Notes under the pieces: model-generated | The model's input: only the letters and a program-made list of their open reading frames with translations | Told to the model about the DNA's origin: nothing | The model's database searches: none | Shown: positions 1 to 12,949 of the stretch, one piece after another | Layout: every line of letters starts with the position of its first letter | Position numbering within the stretch: position 1 is the stretch's first letter | Made by a program: the position numbers and the translations under genes | DNA from: Octopus sinensis | Taxonomy: Eukaryota | Direction: 5' to 3' | NCBI RefSeq assembly: GCF_006345805.1 | Contig: NC_043010.1 | Coordinates: 32,488,001 to 32,552,000 of the forward strand | DNA: 64,000 nucleotides

Positions 1-559
1 TTTTTTCATCCAAACCCACTCAAAAGGCATATTATCTAATTTCAAATTCCAACTGCAGTTGCAATATTTTTAAGCATTCACTTCTTGTCTTATACTTTTC
101 AGGTTTAATTAATAAAGAATATTATCACACTTTGTCTCTTTGCTCCTCACTTTGCCTTCTATAACATATTCCTACTTCAAAACCACTTTAAGAATCTAAT
201 CACTGACAATCAGAGAGGAAGTACTTATTCTTTAGTCCATTATTCATAAATGTGTTTGAATAAAATTCTTTTCTTCTCTCAGCTATATTTAAATCATTTG
301 AACTTTGTCTCTTAAGTTCCAGCAATTAAAATAATACAGCAACTTAACTTACATAAGCAAACCCATACAAGCACACACACAAACTTTTTCTTTCCAACAC
401 AATACAACATAGCATTGATCTACTCCATCAAACAAGCTAAATACTCAAAAGCCATACTAATTCACAGGTAAAGGTTGGTTCTTTTTGTTTTTTGTATCTA
501 TATGCATTAATGAGATGAACATAGGTCAGATAATAAGATGTAATGTTACACAGTCATTT

Positions 560-785
560 AAGGTAGTGAGCTGGCAGAATTGTTAGCACACTAGGCAAAA
601 TGCATGGTAGCATTTTGTCTGCCTTTATGTTCTGAGTTCAAGTTCCACTGAGGTTGACTTTGCCTTTGGTCCTTTCAAGATCAATAAAATAAGTACTAGT
701 TGAGCACTGGGATCAATGTAAGTGACTCAATCTCTCCCTCGAAATTGCTGGCCTTGTGCCAAAATATGAAACCCGTATTACAGTG
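560..785 (+). mobile_element. tRNA-derived SINE, family 1. Further copies at ~1805-2012, 24311-24535, 28650-28825 (+) and 44295-44512, 45010-45190 (-).
   Basis: Head ggt.gtgagctggcagaat, B-box-like gagttcaaattcc and a shared body, dispersed through the window. Confidence 0.75.
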
Positions 786-950
786 ATTTATATTCATGAT
801 ATATCTGAACCATGTATTATTGAAACAATCATAATGGAGAAATATGTAATACTAAATATATTCTTTTATTGATTCCAGTCATGCTGGAGCACCACCTTGA
901 ATGTATAATGCATGAAATTTGTAATAGTGTAGTCAATCCATTCTTTCCAG

Positions 951-1040
951 AAACAACACTTTGACCGGAATGAACTGTATGTATCATACAAAAGAGAGGG
1001 TTTCAAGAAGGCACATTTCCCAGATGACTTACATCCTCAG
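951..1040 (+). CDS. SORCS-like: VPS10-domain receptor exon (KQHFDRNELYVSYKREGFKKAHFPDDLHPQ)
   Basis: Acceptor ttctttccag ends at 950, donor GTAAGA at 1041, 90 nt. LYVSYKR..F resembles the SorCS YVSYRR..F segment and joins the next exon in frame. Confidence 0.8.
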
Positions 1041-1133
1041 GTAAGAACCTAGACCTACATTTGCATTTGAAACCATGTATATATAGTTATACACTTCACA
1101 TCTAACTGGGTATAATTCTCTATATGCACTTGA

Positions 1134-1179
<46 letters not shown>

Positions 1180-1181
<2 letters not shown>

Positions 1182-1790
1182 TCATCATCATCATTTTCGT
1201 TTAACATCCACTTTCCATGCTGGCATGGGTTGGACGGTTTGACTGAGGGCTGGCAAGCCAGAAGGCTGCACCAGGCTCCAATCCAATTTGGCAAAGTTTC
1301 TATGGCTGGATGCCCTTCCGAACGCCAACCACTCCAAGAGTGAAGTGGGTGTTTTTTACATGCCACCAACACGAGGGCCAGTCAGGCAGTACAGGCATTG
1401 ACTACGCTTGAATGGTGCTTTTTACATGCTACCAGCATGGGACCAGTTAGGCAGCACTGGCATTGATCACACTTGAATGGTGCTTTTTACATGCCACCGG
1501 CATGGGTGCCAATCAGATAGTACTGTCAGTGGACCACAACTTCACTTGCCTCAACAGGTCTTCGCAAGTACAATTTATTACCCAATGATTGAAGGGTACT
1601 TTTAAATGGGATGATTATGCTGCACTGGCATAGGCCACTGTTACAGTCTCACTTGGCTTGCTGGGTTTTCTCAGGCACAGCATATCTCCAAAGGTCTCAG
1701 TCACTTGTCATCGCCCCAGTGAGGCCTAACGTTTGAAGGTTGTGCTTCACCACCTCATCTCAGGTCTTCCTGGGTCTAGCTCTTCCACAG
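1180..1790 (-). mobile_element. RTE-type LINE 3' fragment: 3' UTR with ~60-bp subrepeats and (GAT)n tail
   Basis: Shares the ccaacccatgccagcatggaaa..gttaaa(tga)n terminus with many other copies in the window. Confidence 0.65.
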
Positions 1791-2008
1791 CTTTCCTATA
1801 TATGAAGGCAGTGAACTGGCAGAATCATGAGCATACCAGGCAGAATGCTCAGTGGCATTTTATCCAGTTCTGAGTTCAAATTTCACTTAGGTTAACTTAG
1901 CCTTTCATCCTTTCAGGATCAATGAAATAAGTTGCAATTAAACACTGGGGCTGATGTAATTGACTTGCCCTCTCCCCTGAAATTGCTGGCCTTGTACCAA
2001 AATTTGAA

Positions 2009-2059
<51 letters not shown>

Positions 2060-2159
2060 AATGAGAGCACTGTGAAAGTGATCGTACTTTACCAGTATGC
2101 TACCAGGTATAAACTATTCGTTTTAATATCTAATATCTAATAATATATATATATATATA

Positions 2160-2720
2160 ATAGTGGTTGGAGAAAATAATGGAAACATCTTGTTATATGA
2201 AAGTTTTATTATTTAATACAGTGTTGGTCCACTTTTGTATCAGTCATAACTTTAATATGTCAAAGAATTTACTCATACAGGTTCTGAACTACTGATTATG
2301 AAATTTTTGAGCCATTCTCCAACTAAAACTTGCTTTAGATCATTCAGCAACAATGGTAAAGGCTACTTCACTTTTGAATTCTTCATAACAATTTTGAATA
2401 ACAGTAGCCATGTGAAACTGTGCATTTTCACCCTGGAAGATTGTACAACCATCAGAGAACAATGTTTGTACCATAGGATGGACATGATCAGCCCAAAACT
2501 CAGATAATATGTGGTGTTAACTCTGCTATGTAGAACGACTTAGGGACCAAGAGAATTTTATGATATGGCTGCTCAAATTGTTACACAGCCAGCTCCGTAC
2601 TTTACAATAAGGGCCAAACAGTGAGTTACTGTCGTGGAGATTCTTACAGTAATAGATATGGAATTTTTAACTCCTATTTCTAAATTCTGTGTGTGGTGAA
2701 AATTGCATCAATAGAACAGC
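2160..2720 (-). mobile_element. Tc1-like transposon remnant
   Basis: TIR-like agtggttggagaaaataatggaaaca at ~2162. Minus-strand pieces DHVHP and GCTIFQGENAQFH, a decayed FQ.DNA.H motif. Confidence 0.5.
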
Positions 2721-2796
2721 TGAGCTACTGGGAGAGACTGAAAGAACTGTGATTCTACTCCCTGGAGTGAAGATGAGAGAGATATGCAGTGATATA

Positions 2797-3530
2797 CAAG
2801 GTAGTATCAAAAAGTTCCCGAACTAGTTCTGTAGTGCACCAACAGATGGCAGCACACAATTGCATGTGTAGTGAGAGCTAGCAGTGACCTTCATGTGGCA
2901 GTGTGCCTAGTGGCACACTGCCACATATGTTTACTTTGCAAGTTGTGTTTTTGTTTTGTCCTTATTGTGATTTACTTTATATATATATATACATACACAT
3001 TATATATGTATGTATTTTTATGTCAGTTATTGATAAACACCTATATCCTCTGGAACAGGATGAACTATGAGCCTTGATGTCAACTGGTTAGCTTTTCCTT
3101 CACATATTAGTACCATCTCATGTCCAGTGAGAATGTCGGCAGACACCTCAGTCCTCCAAGCTGAGAGCAGAAGCTGAATGAACTGTGTCTTGTTCTCATC
3201 ATTTGCAAGAAAGACTTTCCAGTCTTTCAGACACTTTGTTTTCTCATCACTCAGGATGAGTTTGTCCCCTAGACCTCATCTGTTTCGTTCCACCCCTTTT
3301 ACAGAGTCTTCTTTGTACATTTCAGTGCTAAATAGTGACAGGTGAAGAGCAGATCCCAACACCTTACAAGATATCTCCCCAAATGTTTGTGGAATCTCAA
3401 GCAAGCAATGGAACACTGCACTTCCATCCTCTATGATGAGGCTCATACTAGTGGAAACACTTTCATACACATGCTCAGGTCAAATTTAATGATGACAAAA
3501 TGCTGTCCAACTTCTCATGAAGCTTCTTCT
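2797..3530 (+). mobile_element. Highly decayed mariner-like remnant
   Basis: Mariner-like terminus acaaggtagtatcaaaaagttcc, plus LITQDE and SKQW pieces. Confidence 0.35.
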
Positions 3531-3829
3531 GAGTAATTTAGGCATTCCTGTATGACTCTGATGTCTGTGTTTGAGTGAGTTATGATCAGATAATACTCAA
3601 TGGTTGTCATTTGTACAGGAGCGTCTCCAGTTAGTAAAACATATCTTCCCCAGCTAGGAGGGTGTGGTCAAAAAGTCCATGGGGATATCTTCCATCCCAA
3701 TTTTTTTTCTGGCAACATAAATTTTCTGACTTGTTAGACCCAGGGCTACATGAAAATATCCATTAAAGTAAAACGCAAAGGGGGTGCACCATGACCCCAC
3801 TAGCCTGTGGCCTATATGTATTCATATTC

Positions 3830-3830
3830 A

Positions 3831-3911
<81 letters not shown>

Positions 3912-3947
3912 GTCTGTCTGCCTCTCTCTCTCTCTCTCTCTCTCTCC

Positions 3948-3975
<28 letters not shown>
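3830..3975. repeat. Compound microsatellite (TCTA)n-(TCTG)n-(TC)n-(TA)n
   Basis: Seen directly in the sequence. Confidence 0.95.
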
Positions 3976-3979
<4 letters not shown>

Positions 3980-4599
3980 CAAACACATGCACAAGCATAT
4001 ATGTATGTCAGACTGCATTGAGTAAAAATCCAGTGTATTCCTTATTCTATATTCCTAGTCACATTCACATGCATACATATGTCTCATTTGTGCATGTATG
4101 TGTTGTGTGTGCGTGTGCTTGTTTGTGTCATTTTGCATGTGTGCATGTATGTATATTCATATATGTGAGTGTGGAGTTCTAGTTCTGCCATCATCTCTGA
4201 TTCCATCTTGTGACATTTCACGTCTTTCCACTTGGTAGAATTAGATTTGAGAAATTAGAAAATGCATTCGAGTGTAATCGGAATCACCCGAGACAGTGGC
4301 AAATATAATCAATTCTTGTCTGGGAGCGATTCCATTGAGACTCACTGTAGTCTAGCATTGACGATACTGTAATGAAATGACTTGCCTCTTTATTCCAGAC
4401 ACTGGGTGTGTCATGTGTGTGTGTGTGTGTGTGTGTGTTTTTGTAGATTAGGAGATTTCTTTTAAAAACTTCCTGCAAGGCATGAGATAATAGTGCAAGA
4501 GCACTTTAAGATATGCCAACAACAACAATAATAACATTAACAATAAAAGCAACAGCAACTGCTCGTTATCAAGATGTTTTAGGCAATATCACACTAACA

Positions 4600-4641
4600 T
4601 GGGCATACATACATATATATATACATGTGTGTTTGTATGCT

Positions 4642-4716
<75 letters not shown>

Positions 4717-4726
4717 ATATATATAC

Positions 4727-4810
<84 letters not shown>

Positions 4811-4880
4811 ATACATACATACACAAGCATACAAACACACATGTATATATATATGTATGTATATGTATATATGTATTTGA
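4600..4880. repeat. Long interrupted (TA)n microsatellite. Similar tracts at ~20940-21120, 37640-37770, 45310-45535 and 62110-62420.
   Basis: Seen directly; these tracts generate the YIYI-type ORFs. Confidence 0.95.
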
Positions 4881-5193
4881 TGACCAGATCAAATAGTAGT
4901 AATTGGCATTTAGTTGTGACAATGCTGCCTTCTACATAAATTCCTTATATGTAGCTATGACATCCCCTTTACCCCATTTCTATAATTAGAAAATCTTTAT
5001 TGTCTCTTTTCATTTGTTCTTCCCTCTCAGAACCTTACAGTAGTCTGGAACAACTGAATCTTAGTCAGTCAGTTGATGGGCTCCTCTACCTCAAATGTTC
5101 TTAAAATTTAAATCCACATCTTTGTCTATGTATCTACCTTCTCTATAATGTTGCCACTTGATATGAAAATTTTTGTATTAATGGAAAACCTCT

Positions 5194-5287
5194 ATAATTG
5201 GCTGATGAGTGCTCAGCATTTTAAAACTGTTGTAATACTTACAACATTTAATAAAATGATGTAGTACGAAACGATTGTACCAAATTA
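5194..5287 (+). ncRNA. Type I minimal hammerhead ribozyme motif with 59-nt extended stem II (Penelope-like terminal repeat)
   Basis: UAAUUGG-CUGAUGA(5202-08)-GUGC..59 nt..GUAC-GAAAC(5268-72)-GAUU-GUA-CCAAAUUA. Stems I, II and III can all pair. Internal hairpin UGUUGUAA/UUACAACA. Confidence 0.75.
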
Positions 5288-5425
5288 CCGGAGTCATTTT
5301 TGTTGCTTATTTTGATTATAATCACCCCACGGATTTTTATGGATAACACCATACAGAATTCTGGTGCTTCTAAATTAAGTACCATATTCATTTGAGTCTA
5401 AATTTTTGCTGAACTTATATATATA

Positions 5426-6298
5426 TCAAAGTATCATTAGAGACATAAATCCCCATAAATTCATCAAATCAGAATATAAATTCAACCGTGTCAAAGAATA
5501 TTATATTTAATACTTACTATTCATGTTCAAAGTTGTCGACTACACGTCTTTCATGAGGTTGTATGCTATGTTCTTGAGGCACCCAGTCTCTTACAGAACC
5601 ACCCCTTATATACAACCACAATATTCAGATCTACCTATTTCCCATTTATAATTTTATCTATCATTATATATTTCAGCTTACAGGTATAACAAACTATACA
5701 GATGTATAAATAAACATATAGATGTATAAATAAATTCATTGAACCCTGCAGTTTTAAGCCATAATCAATTTAAGAATTAAATGTAAATTACGCCTAAAAA
5801 TATATCTATAAATGAAGAAAAATATATACGAATGAGAAAATATATACGAATGTGGAAAAAATATATACTAATGAGGAGAAAATATAAAATTATAAGAATG
5901 AAAAAATTAAAAAGATATATCAAAATGAAGAGGATGAATAAGAAACAAACGGAAACTAATATGAATGACAAAAATTCAGGTGAATATTACGCAAAAAATA
6001 CTAATGAAGATATGAAAAGATGTGAAAAAATATATGGAAAAATATAAAGGGAAAAACATTTAAAAATGAAAAAATAAAAAAAATATATATGAAGGAATTT
6101 ATTTATAAATTAATATAAAGCGAGGTTCTGTAAGAGAGTGGGTGCCTCAAGAACATAGCATACAACCTCATGAAACACGTGTAGTCGACAACTTTGAACA
6201 TAAATAGTAAGTATTAAATATAATATTCTATGACATGGTTGAATTTATATTCTGGTTTGATGAATTTATGGGGACTTCTGTCTCTAATGATACTTTGA
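5426..6298. repeat. Inverted repeat with ~175-bp arms (5426-5600 / 6124-6298) around an A-rich spacer, flanked by TA runs
   Basis: The two arms are close reverse complements and carry the 3' half of the hammerhead motif above. Confidence 0.85.
5535..5634 (-). ncRNA. Degenerate hammerhead motif of a second family, with long stem II
   Basis: Minus strand reads GUAGAU-CUGAAUA-UUGUGGUUGUAU...AUACAACCUCAU-GAAAG-ACGU-GUA-GUCGAC. The inverted partial copy at 6124-6190 keeps GAAAC-ACGU-GUA. The core carries mutations. Confidence 0.5.
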
Positions 6299-6411
6299 TA
6301 TATATGTATTTATTTATTGAGAATAATTCAACCTAATATTCTTAACTTGAATATCTCATCCCTGTGACGCTGGAATTAATATTCCCTTATTATTATAAAA
6401 ATATTATATAT

Positions 6412-6468
<57 letters not shown>

Positions 6469-6578
6469 GTATGTATATATAATTTTTTCTGAAACTTCAG
6501 ATTTTTAAATATGCTAGACCTCTGGTTTTATATTGATATTAATCAAATTAATATTCAATTTTTCACTCTTATTTTATA

Positions 6579-6614
<36 letters not shown>

Positions 6615-6629
6615 TGTATGTATGTATGT

Positions 6630-7030
6630 ATGAAGCTTGTGTGCAAATGGCTATACTCCATGGTAGTGAGACATGGGCTCTGAATGCAGAAAATGCGTAG
6701 ACTGGAAAGAAATGAAGGTAGTATGCTCCGTTGGATGTGTTACATCAGTGCACATTTATGACAAAGTGCAAATGTATTGAGAGAAAAGTTGGGCATAAGA
6801 AGAATCAAATGTAGCATGCAAGAGAGAAGACTACATTAGTTTGAACATGTGATTGGCATGAATGAGGACAGCTGCATAAAGAAGTGCCAATCACTGAAAG
6901 TGGATGGTACCCACGGAAGGAGACCCCAGAAGATGTGGGATGAAGTGGTAAGGATCGATCTCATGGAGTAAATGACAATGGACCAAAATGTCTGGCAATA
7001 AGAAGTTCTTGAAAAAAGCCTGCCTACATC
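6630..7030 (+). mobile_element. RTE-type LINE C-terminal remnant
   Basis: RLERNEGSMLRWM...ERRL...EDSCIKKC...GR.P.K.WDEVV, homologous to 16440-16925 and 26600-27060. Confidence 0.7.
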
Positions 7031-8199
7031 AGCAAAACTGAGTTCAAAAAGTGCAGTGTGTCCCACCCACATTTAACAAGAAAGCTTCTCACACACTCTA
7101 CCACAACTAACCAAACTACGTCTCTACATCTCTTCCTCACATTTTCACTTCATGCACTATGCTTACCTCCCACTCCCCAATCCTGTCCTCTTGGCCCTGT
7201 ACCACTGTACCATTGCTCTCCACTTGCCCCCAACCTGTGTGTTTCACTCACACACCCTACCTCACTGTATTATTGCTATCTGCTAGCCCCTGTGTTCCAC
7301 CCACATGTAACAAGAATATTTTTCACTAACCCTACCCCAACAAACCAATCTGCATTTCCACATCTCTTCTTTTCCTTACATTTCATCCTTCATACACTAT
7401 GCCTAGCTCTCACTCCTCAATTTTGTCCTCATGGTCCTGTTCCTCTGTATCATTGCTATCTGGTACCTCCCTCCCACGACTCTATACCCAGGTTTTCACC
7501 ACTCACTCCCCTCCTCATTCTTTAATCGCACATAATTCCTGTCACTTATATTATGCTATTCGTACCTTAAGACACTTTCTACCATCTATATCTCTCTCTT
7601 TCTTTTCTCAACCATCCTATTTATATTCTGATTCCTGTCCTTTGTGAGTATGCCTAGTATTTTTCCATCATCTCTATCCTACTGTCTCCCACTCTCTCTC
7701 TCCTTATCCTGCACTTCCTTCATGTTGGGTAACCATACATTTCTTTTGTGGCAGCGCACCTATTTCTGTCTTCATTCCTGATCTCCCCCTCTCTCTCTCT
7801 CTCTCTCTCCCTCCTCTCAGCCGGGTAACTTTGTACTACCTTTACAGCAAGTCTCTGTCTCACTATAATCTTTCATCATCCGACACAAGATCACCTCCTC
7901 CAATGCCCCCTCCGCTCTTGAAAGATTTTGTTTTTGTTTTTGTCTCGCAAGTACTTGGTGACCCTGTCAGTGCAGATGCCACTTAAAAGCACCCAGTCCA
8001 CACTGTAAAGTGGTTGGGGTTTGGAAGGGCAACCAGCTGTAAAAACCTTGCCAAAACTGACCTTGCCTGTGCTTGTGCCATGTTAAAAGTACTATGTCCA
8101 CTCTGCTGATGAGTTAGGAGAAAGTAAGAAACGATTTTCAGTGAAGAAAAACTCCCTGTATTTTCATTTTACTTACTCTTTTCCTCTCTCTATACAGTG

Positions 8200-8990
8200 T
8201 AAAGCATGATTGGAGAAATCAGTCAAGCAACTGTATTATAGTTTACACTCTCTGTCAGAACACATTGAACAGTTTCCCCCTTTTGAATTTGTGTGAAAGT
8301 AAACATCATCAGCTGATGTTTCAAAGGTGTGAAGACTACAAACAGAGTATGGGCAAGCATACAACCCTGTTTCACTCCTCTACAAATGCTGAAGTATTCT
8401 GAGCAAGAGCTTTCCAACTAAATGATGCCTTTTATGTTTGTGTGGAATGACTGAATAATCCTGAGTAACCTTGAAGAGCACCCACTCTTGACTAGAATTT
8501 CAATTACACCATCTCTTCTCACAAGTTCAAAGGCCTTCATGAGATTAGCAAAAGCAATGTAGAGCAACTGCCTTTCTTTTCTACATTTTTCTTGTACTTG
8601 AAAGGAGATCATGTCATTTGTGGAACATTCTAGTTTGAAGCCACACAGATTCAACATATACCCTTTCAGTTATTTTCTGCAATCTGTTTAGGACCAAATG
8701 AGAAAAGTCCTTCTCAATGATACTCAGCAAAGAGACTCCTCTGCGGTTGTTGCAATAATTTCAATCTCCTCTGTCCTTGTACAGTAAAACAATATTGCAG
8801 TTTCGTGGCACCACTCCCTTCTTCCAACTTTGGTACGGTAGTTTGTGTCAGTGGAACAACAGGATGCACTTTGTACACTTAACACCCTCTGATGGAATGA
8901 TATCCAGTCCTTGTGCTTTGACAATGGGTAGTCAATCAGTGGTTTTATTCACTCTGCAGCAATCAGCAATGCATCTTGACAGATGGTTGA
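8200..8990 (-). mobile_element. RTE (BovB-like) LINE RT remnant
   Basis: QEKCRKERQLLYIAFANLMKAFELVRRDG and FSICRGVKQGCML. Confidence 0.7.
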
Positions 8991-10139
8991 CAGACCCATC
9001 ATATGTATGTATATGTGTTTGTGTGTATGTATGTTTGTATGTATGTATATGTTTGTGAGTATGTATGATTTATATATGTATACTTATATATCTATACATT
9101 CATTTATTACCTACCCCAAATAGCTTTGCAGGTTCTAATAAGTTTAATTTAATCGAAGTTAAAATAACAGAGGACTAATATTACACTTTACCCTATGATT
9201 ATTAGAAAAATGCCAATAGCTCATACCCTGATTGCAGCAGCTCAGGTAGCCTTTTTTTAATTGTGCAGGTTTATAAAAATAACCCAATTAATGATAACCT
9301 AATTAAAGTTAACCATTCTACTAATCACTCTTTCAGTATCAAACAATGGCTTCCAATGCAAACATCTTCGGAGAGGTTGATATAAACACAAAAACAGCAA
9401 TAAACAGTGTGAATGATGATCAATTACCTTGAAATCTTAATGGAACAAATAATAATACACTTAAAATATATGACTTTAGGAATGATAATGTTTGCCTGTT
9501 AAATGATAATTGTCTTGTCAAAGTATAGTATACAAATGTAGGATAATTACATGGACATGTACTAAGAAATAAATTGACTCTAGAGCCAACGTTTGTAAAA
9601 ACAGACTTTATGCATGTATGCAGTCATTTAGAAATCTGAGGTTACTGCACTCAAGTTCATTAGCTATGATATATATTGCATGTCAAAAATTTAAATATTC
9701 AGTATAAGCTGAGGGAGGTTGTGGTGATGCCAGTACCGGTACTGGTGGTAGGGGTGTAGGTGCATCATAAAATCCACAACTCCATAGAAAGGAAAACAGA
9801 GGGCATGCCAATTATTTTGCCATACTCTCTAATACACCATTTCTCAATAAATATAATGAAGTGGTAGTTAATTGCAATCTTAAAATTCTTTGTACTTTAA
9901 AATTCTTTGAAAAATAGGAGAATTAAGATAATTTTACAATTCAAATACTAGGATAGAATCTGCTTCTATTTTTACTAATTACTTATGGCTTTATATCTGT
10001 TAATGCCTTTTCTGTTCATTAAATAATACTTTATTGAAATTTTATTTTGTATCCATGTGCACATTTGAGTACTTTTTTAAATATCTATATAACCTTTTGT
10101 ATTGCTATGCATTATTTTGGTTTGTTGTGTATATCAATA

Positions 10140-10420
10140 TCATAATCTTCATTATTTAACATCCATTCTCCATGTTGGCATGGACTGTAAGTTGCACCAG
10201 GCTCCAACTGTTTTGGCATGATTTCTATGGCTGGATGCCCTTCCTAATACTAACCACTTTACAGAGTGTACCAGGTGCTTTTTATGTGGCACCAGCAAGG
10301 GAGCTTTTTATGTGACACCAGCACAGGTTCTTTTACATGGTGTCAGTACATGTGCTTTTCACATAGCACCAGAACAAATGCTTTTTACATGACACCAGCA
10401 CCATGTGGTCACCAATCAGT
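10140..10420 (-). mobile_element. RTE 3'-UTR-type repeat fragment
   Basis: Has the same tail and gtgcttttt subrepeats as 1180-1790. Confidence 0.5.
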
Positions 10421-11214
10421 TTGCAAGACAAGGACCTCTCAACTGAGAGAGAAATGGAACCAAAAGAAGTGGCCATGTGCCAAGCAAGAGGATGGAGAAG
10501 GTTCGAAGGAAAGGAATAGCTGTCTTGCTACAGAAGAGATACTTGGCTACCCCAGGAGAACGAGGAAGAAGTGGGGTTGGGAGAGAGTTAGACAGAAAGA
10601 TAGAGACAGTCAGAGTGAGAGAGAGAGAGAGAGAGAGAGAGTTAGAGAGGGCCTACCCACAGGGAAAATGGGGGAGAATACAAGTTGTACAAAGGGGATA
10701 GAGGAGATATTCCATAAAGTGTAAGGGGAGACAGAGATAGCAATTGATGGTGAGAGGAATTTGAGTGGCTGGGAAGTGGGTATGGTAGATATGTAAAGGT
10801 ATGGAAAGTGTAGGGGCAGGCTTGTGGGGAAGTGTGGAGAGACCTGCAGTTAATGGTGGGGGTTGAGGGGGAGTCTGGGCAGAGAAAAGAATTACATGTG
10901 TGTGTGAGGGAAAGGTGGGATGATAATAATAATGATAATAATGAAATTATGGATATGGCCATAAAGGACATGCCTGTATGTATGGCCATGATTTTACTAA
11001 GCTTTATGGGTCTTGCCAAGCCCAACAAATCACCAGAAGTCTCAGTCCCTTGTCATTTCTTCTGTTGAGGCTCAACATCCAAATATTATTTCTCACCACT
11101 TCATCCCACATCTTCCTGGATCTGCTTCTTCCACCAATTCCCCCCACAATTAGAGATTAGTACTTCTTTATACAGCTATCCTCATCCATACAACATTACA
11201 GCCATTTAAAGCCC

Positions 11215-11404
11215 CCAGCACACTCTGTAAAGGGGTTGGCATTAAGAAGGGCATCCAGCCATAGAAACCATGCCATAACAATTGGAGTCTGAATAAGATC
11301 CCCAGCTGGCCAGCTCCTGTCAAACTCTCCAACCCATGCCAGCATGGAAAATGAATGTTATATGATGATGATGATGATGATGATGATGGTGATGGTGATG
11401 ATGA

Positions 11405-11436
<32 letters not shown>

Positions 11437-12730
11437 ATGATGATGATGATGATGCTGATGATGGTGATGGTGATGGTGATGGTGGTGTTGGTGGTGGTAG
11501 AGACAGTGAGAAAAGAACTCTCATATTTAGGTGCTATATCTGTTTAATTCAAAAATTGATGGCATAAACATGTTACATCATTTAAAAGCAAAGTCAAAAG
11601 ATGAAGCACATCTTTCACCATCCTAATATGGAGTTTAAGGGGAAAGAAGGTATGACACAATATCTGGTCAGCAACAAATGCAGCAACACATAGCATACAA
11701 GCTCCAGATCATGCAATCTTTATTTGGAAGAAATTCTGTGTATATTTCTATCCATTAGGCATTAGGAAGGACATCCAGCCATAAAAAAAACATGCCAAAA
11801 CAGACAGTTGGAGCCTGGTGCAGCTCTCTTGCTTGCCAGCTCCTATCAAACTGTCCAATCCATGCCAGCATGGAAAACGAACATTAAATGATGATGATGA
11901 GGAGGAGGAGGAGGAGGAGAAGGAGAAGGAGGAGGAAGAGGAGGAGGAGGATAACAATGATGACAACAATGACAATGACTTCTAAAAAATGTACAAAATA
12001 CAAAGAAAGAACTTAATTCTAACAAAATGTATATTTCTGTATGTTTGTGAGAGTAAGTAAACATAAATATTTTTACTTGCAACCCACTACTAAATCATTT
12101 GATAGTGTAAAACACTTGACAATAAACTCTGGGTAACAGACAACAGTATCAAATTACTAAATAGATGCTAAGTTGTGCAGTCAGCCACCCTAATGACTTT
12201 AGGGAAGCCACTTTCTAACAGATGTACAGTTTTGGAGGCAAAAAGATTTGTTATTTGTTCATTTACTTTTTTTAACACAATTCCCTATATTTGTCATTTG
12301 TCATAAAGTTAAAAATGTTGCTGAAAAATTATTGTTTGTCCTTAAAAATTCAATTAGTATGGCCATGTGTGAAAAGTATTTCATTTTATTTTGTTGTTTT
12401 ATTTTTTCATATAATTATATGGTGAACGTGGCTGAAGCACCATCCGAACGTGGCCGATGCCAGCGCCACCTTGACTGGCTTCTGTGCCGGTGGCACATAA
12501 AAAGCACCAACCAATCGTAGCCACTGCCAGCCTCCCCTGGCACCTGTGCCAGTGGCACGTAAAAAGCACCAACTACACTCATGGAGTGGTTGGCATTAGG
12601 AAGGGCATCCAGCTGTAGAAACACTGCCAGATCAGACTGGAGCCTGGTGCAGCCTCCTGGCTTCCCAGACCCTGGTCGAACTGTCCAACCCATGCTAGCA
12701 TGGAAAACGGACATTAAACGATGATGATGA
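11215..12730 (+). mobile_element. Three RTE 3'-UTR-type repeat copies (~11215-11365, 11750-11895, 12420-12730), each ending in a (GAT)n tail
   Basis: Shared ggcattaggaagggcatccag...catgccagcatggaaaa..g terminus. Confidence 0.65.
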
Positions 12731-12949
12731 TGAATTAATTAGGAAGTGTGAAATCACTAATTTTTTTAGGCTTGACTGCACTTCCAAGAATGACCAGATT
12801 CTTTTCCTGCAGGATAAAAGTTATAATGTCATTGTTGTAGCTTCTTTCTGTTAGCCAGATATGGTAGTATAATGGGAGGCAAGGTTTACAATATGGAGTG
12901 AATATTGCCTTCTCCCATTAAATATTGTTCTTCAAGTAGTGCAGGCTCC

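Noticed and set aside
5832-6047. Lys/Met-rich 71-aa ORF
   Set aside because: A-rich low-complexity spacer with ~20-bp subrepeats.
5426-6298. Reading the TA-flanked 175-bp inverted repeat as a Tc1/mariner MITE
   Set aside because: Homology to a hammerhead continues past the left arm, so the right arm looks like a truncated inverted copy rather than a TIR. Not fully excluded.
8096-8145. ctgatgagtta..gtaagaaacgattttcagtg hammerhead-like string
   Set aside because: C11.1 is missing, GUC has become UUC and there is an extra ctg in stem I. Too degenerate to call.
10430-10900. Purine-rich stretch with faint Penelope-like similarity on the minus strand
   Set aside because: No diagnostic motif could be read with confidence.
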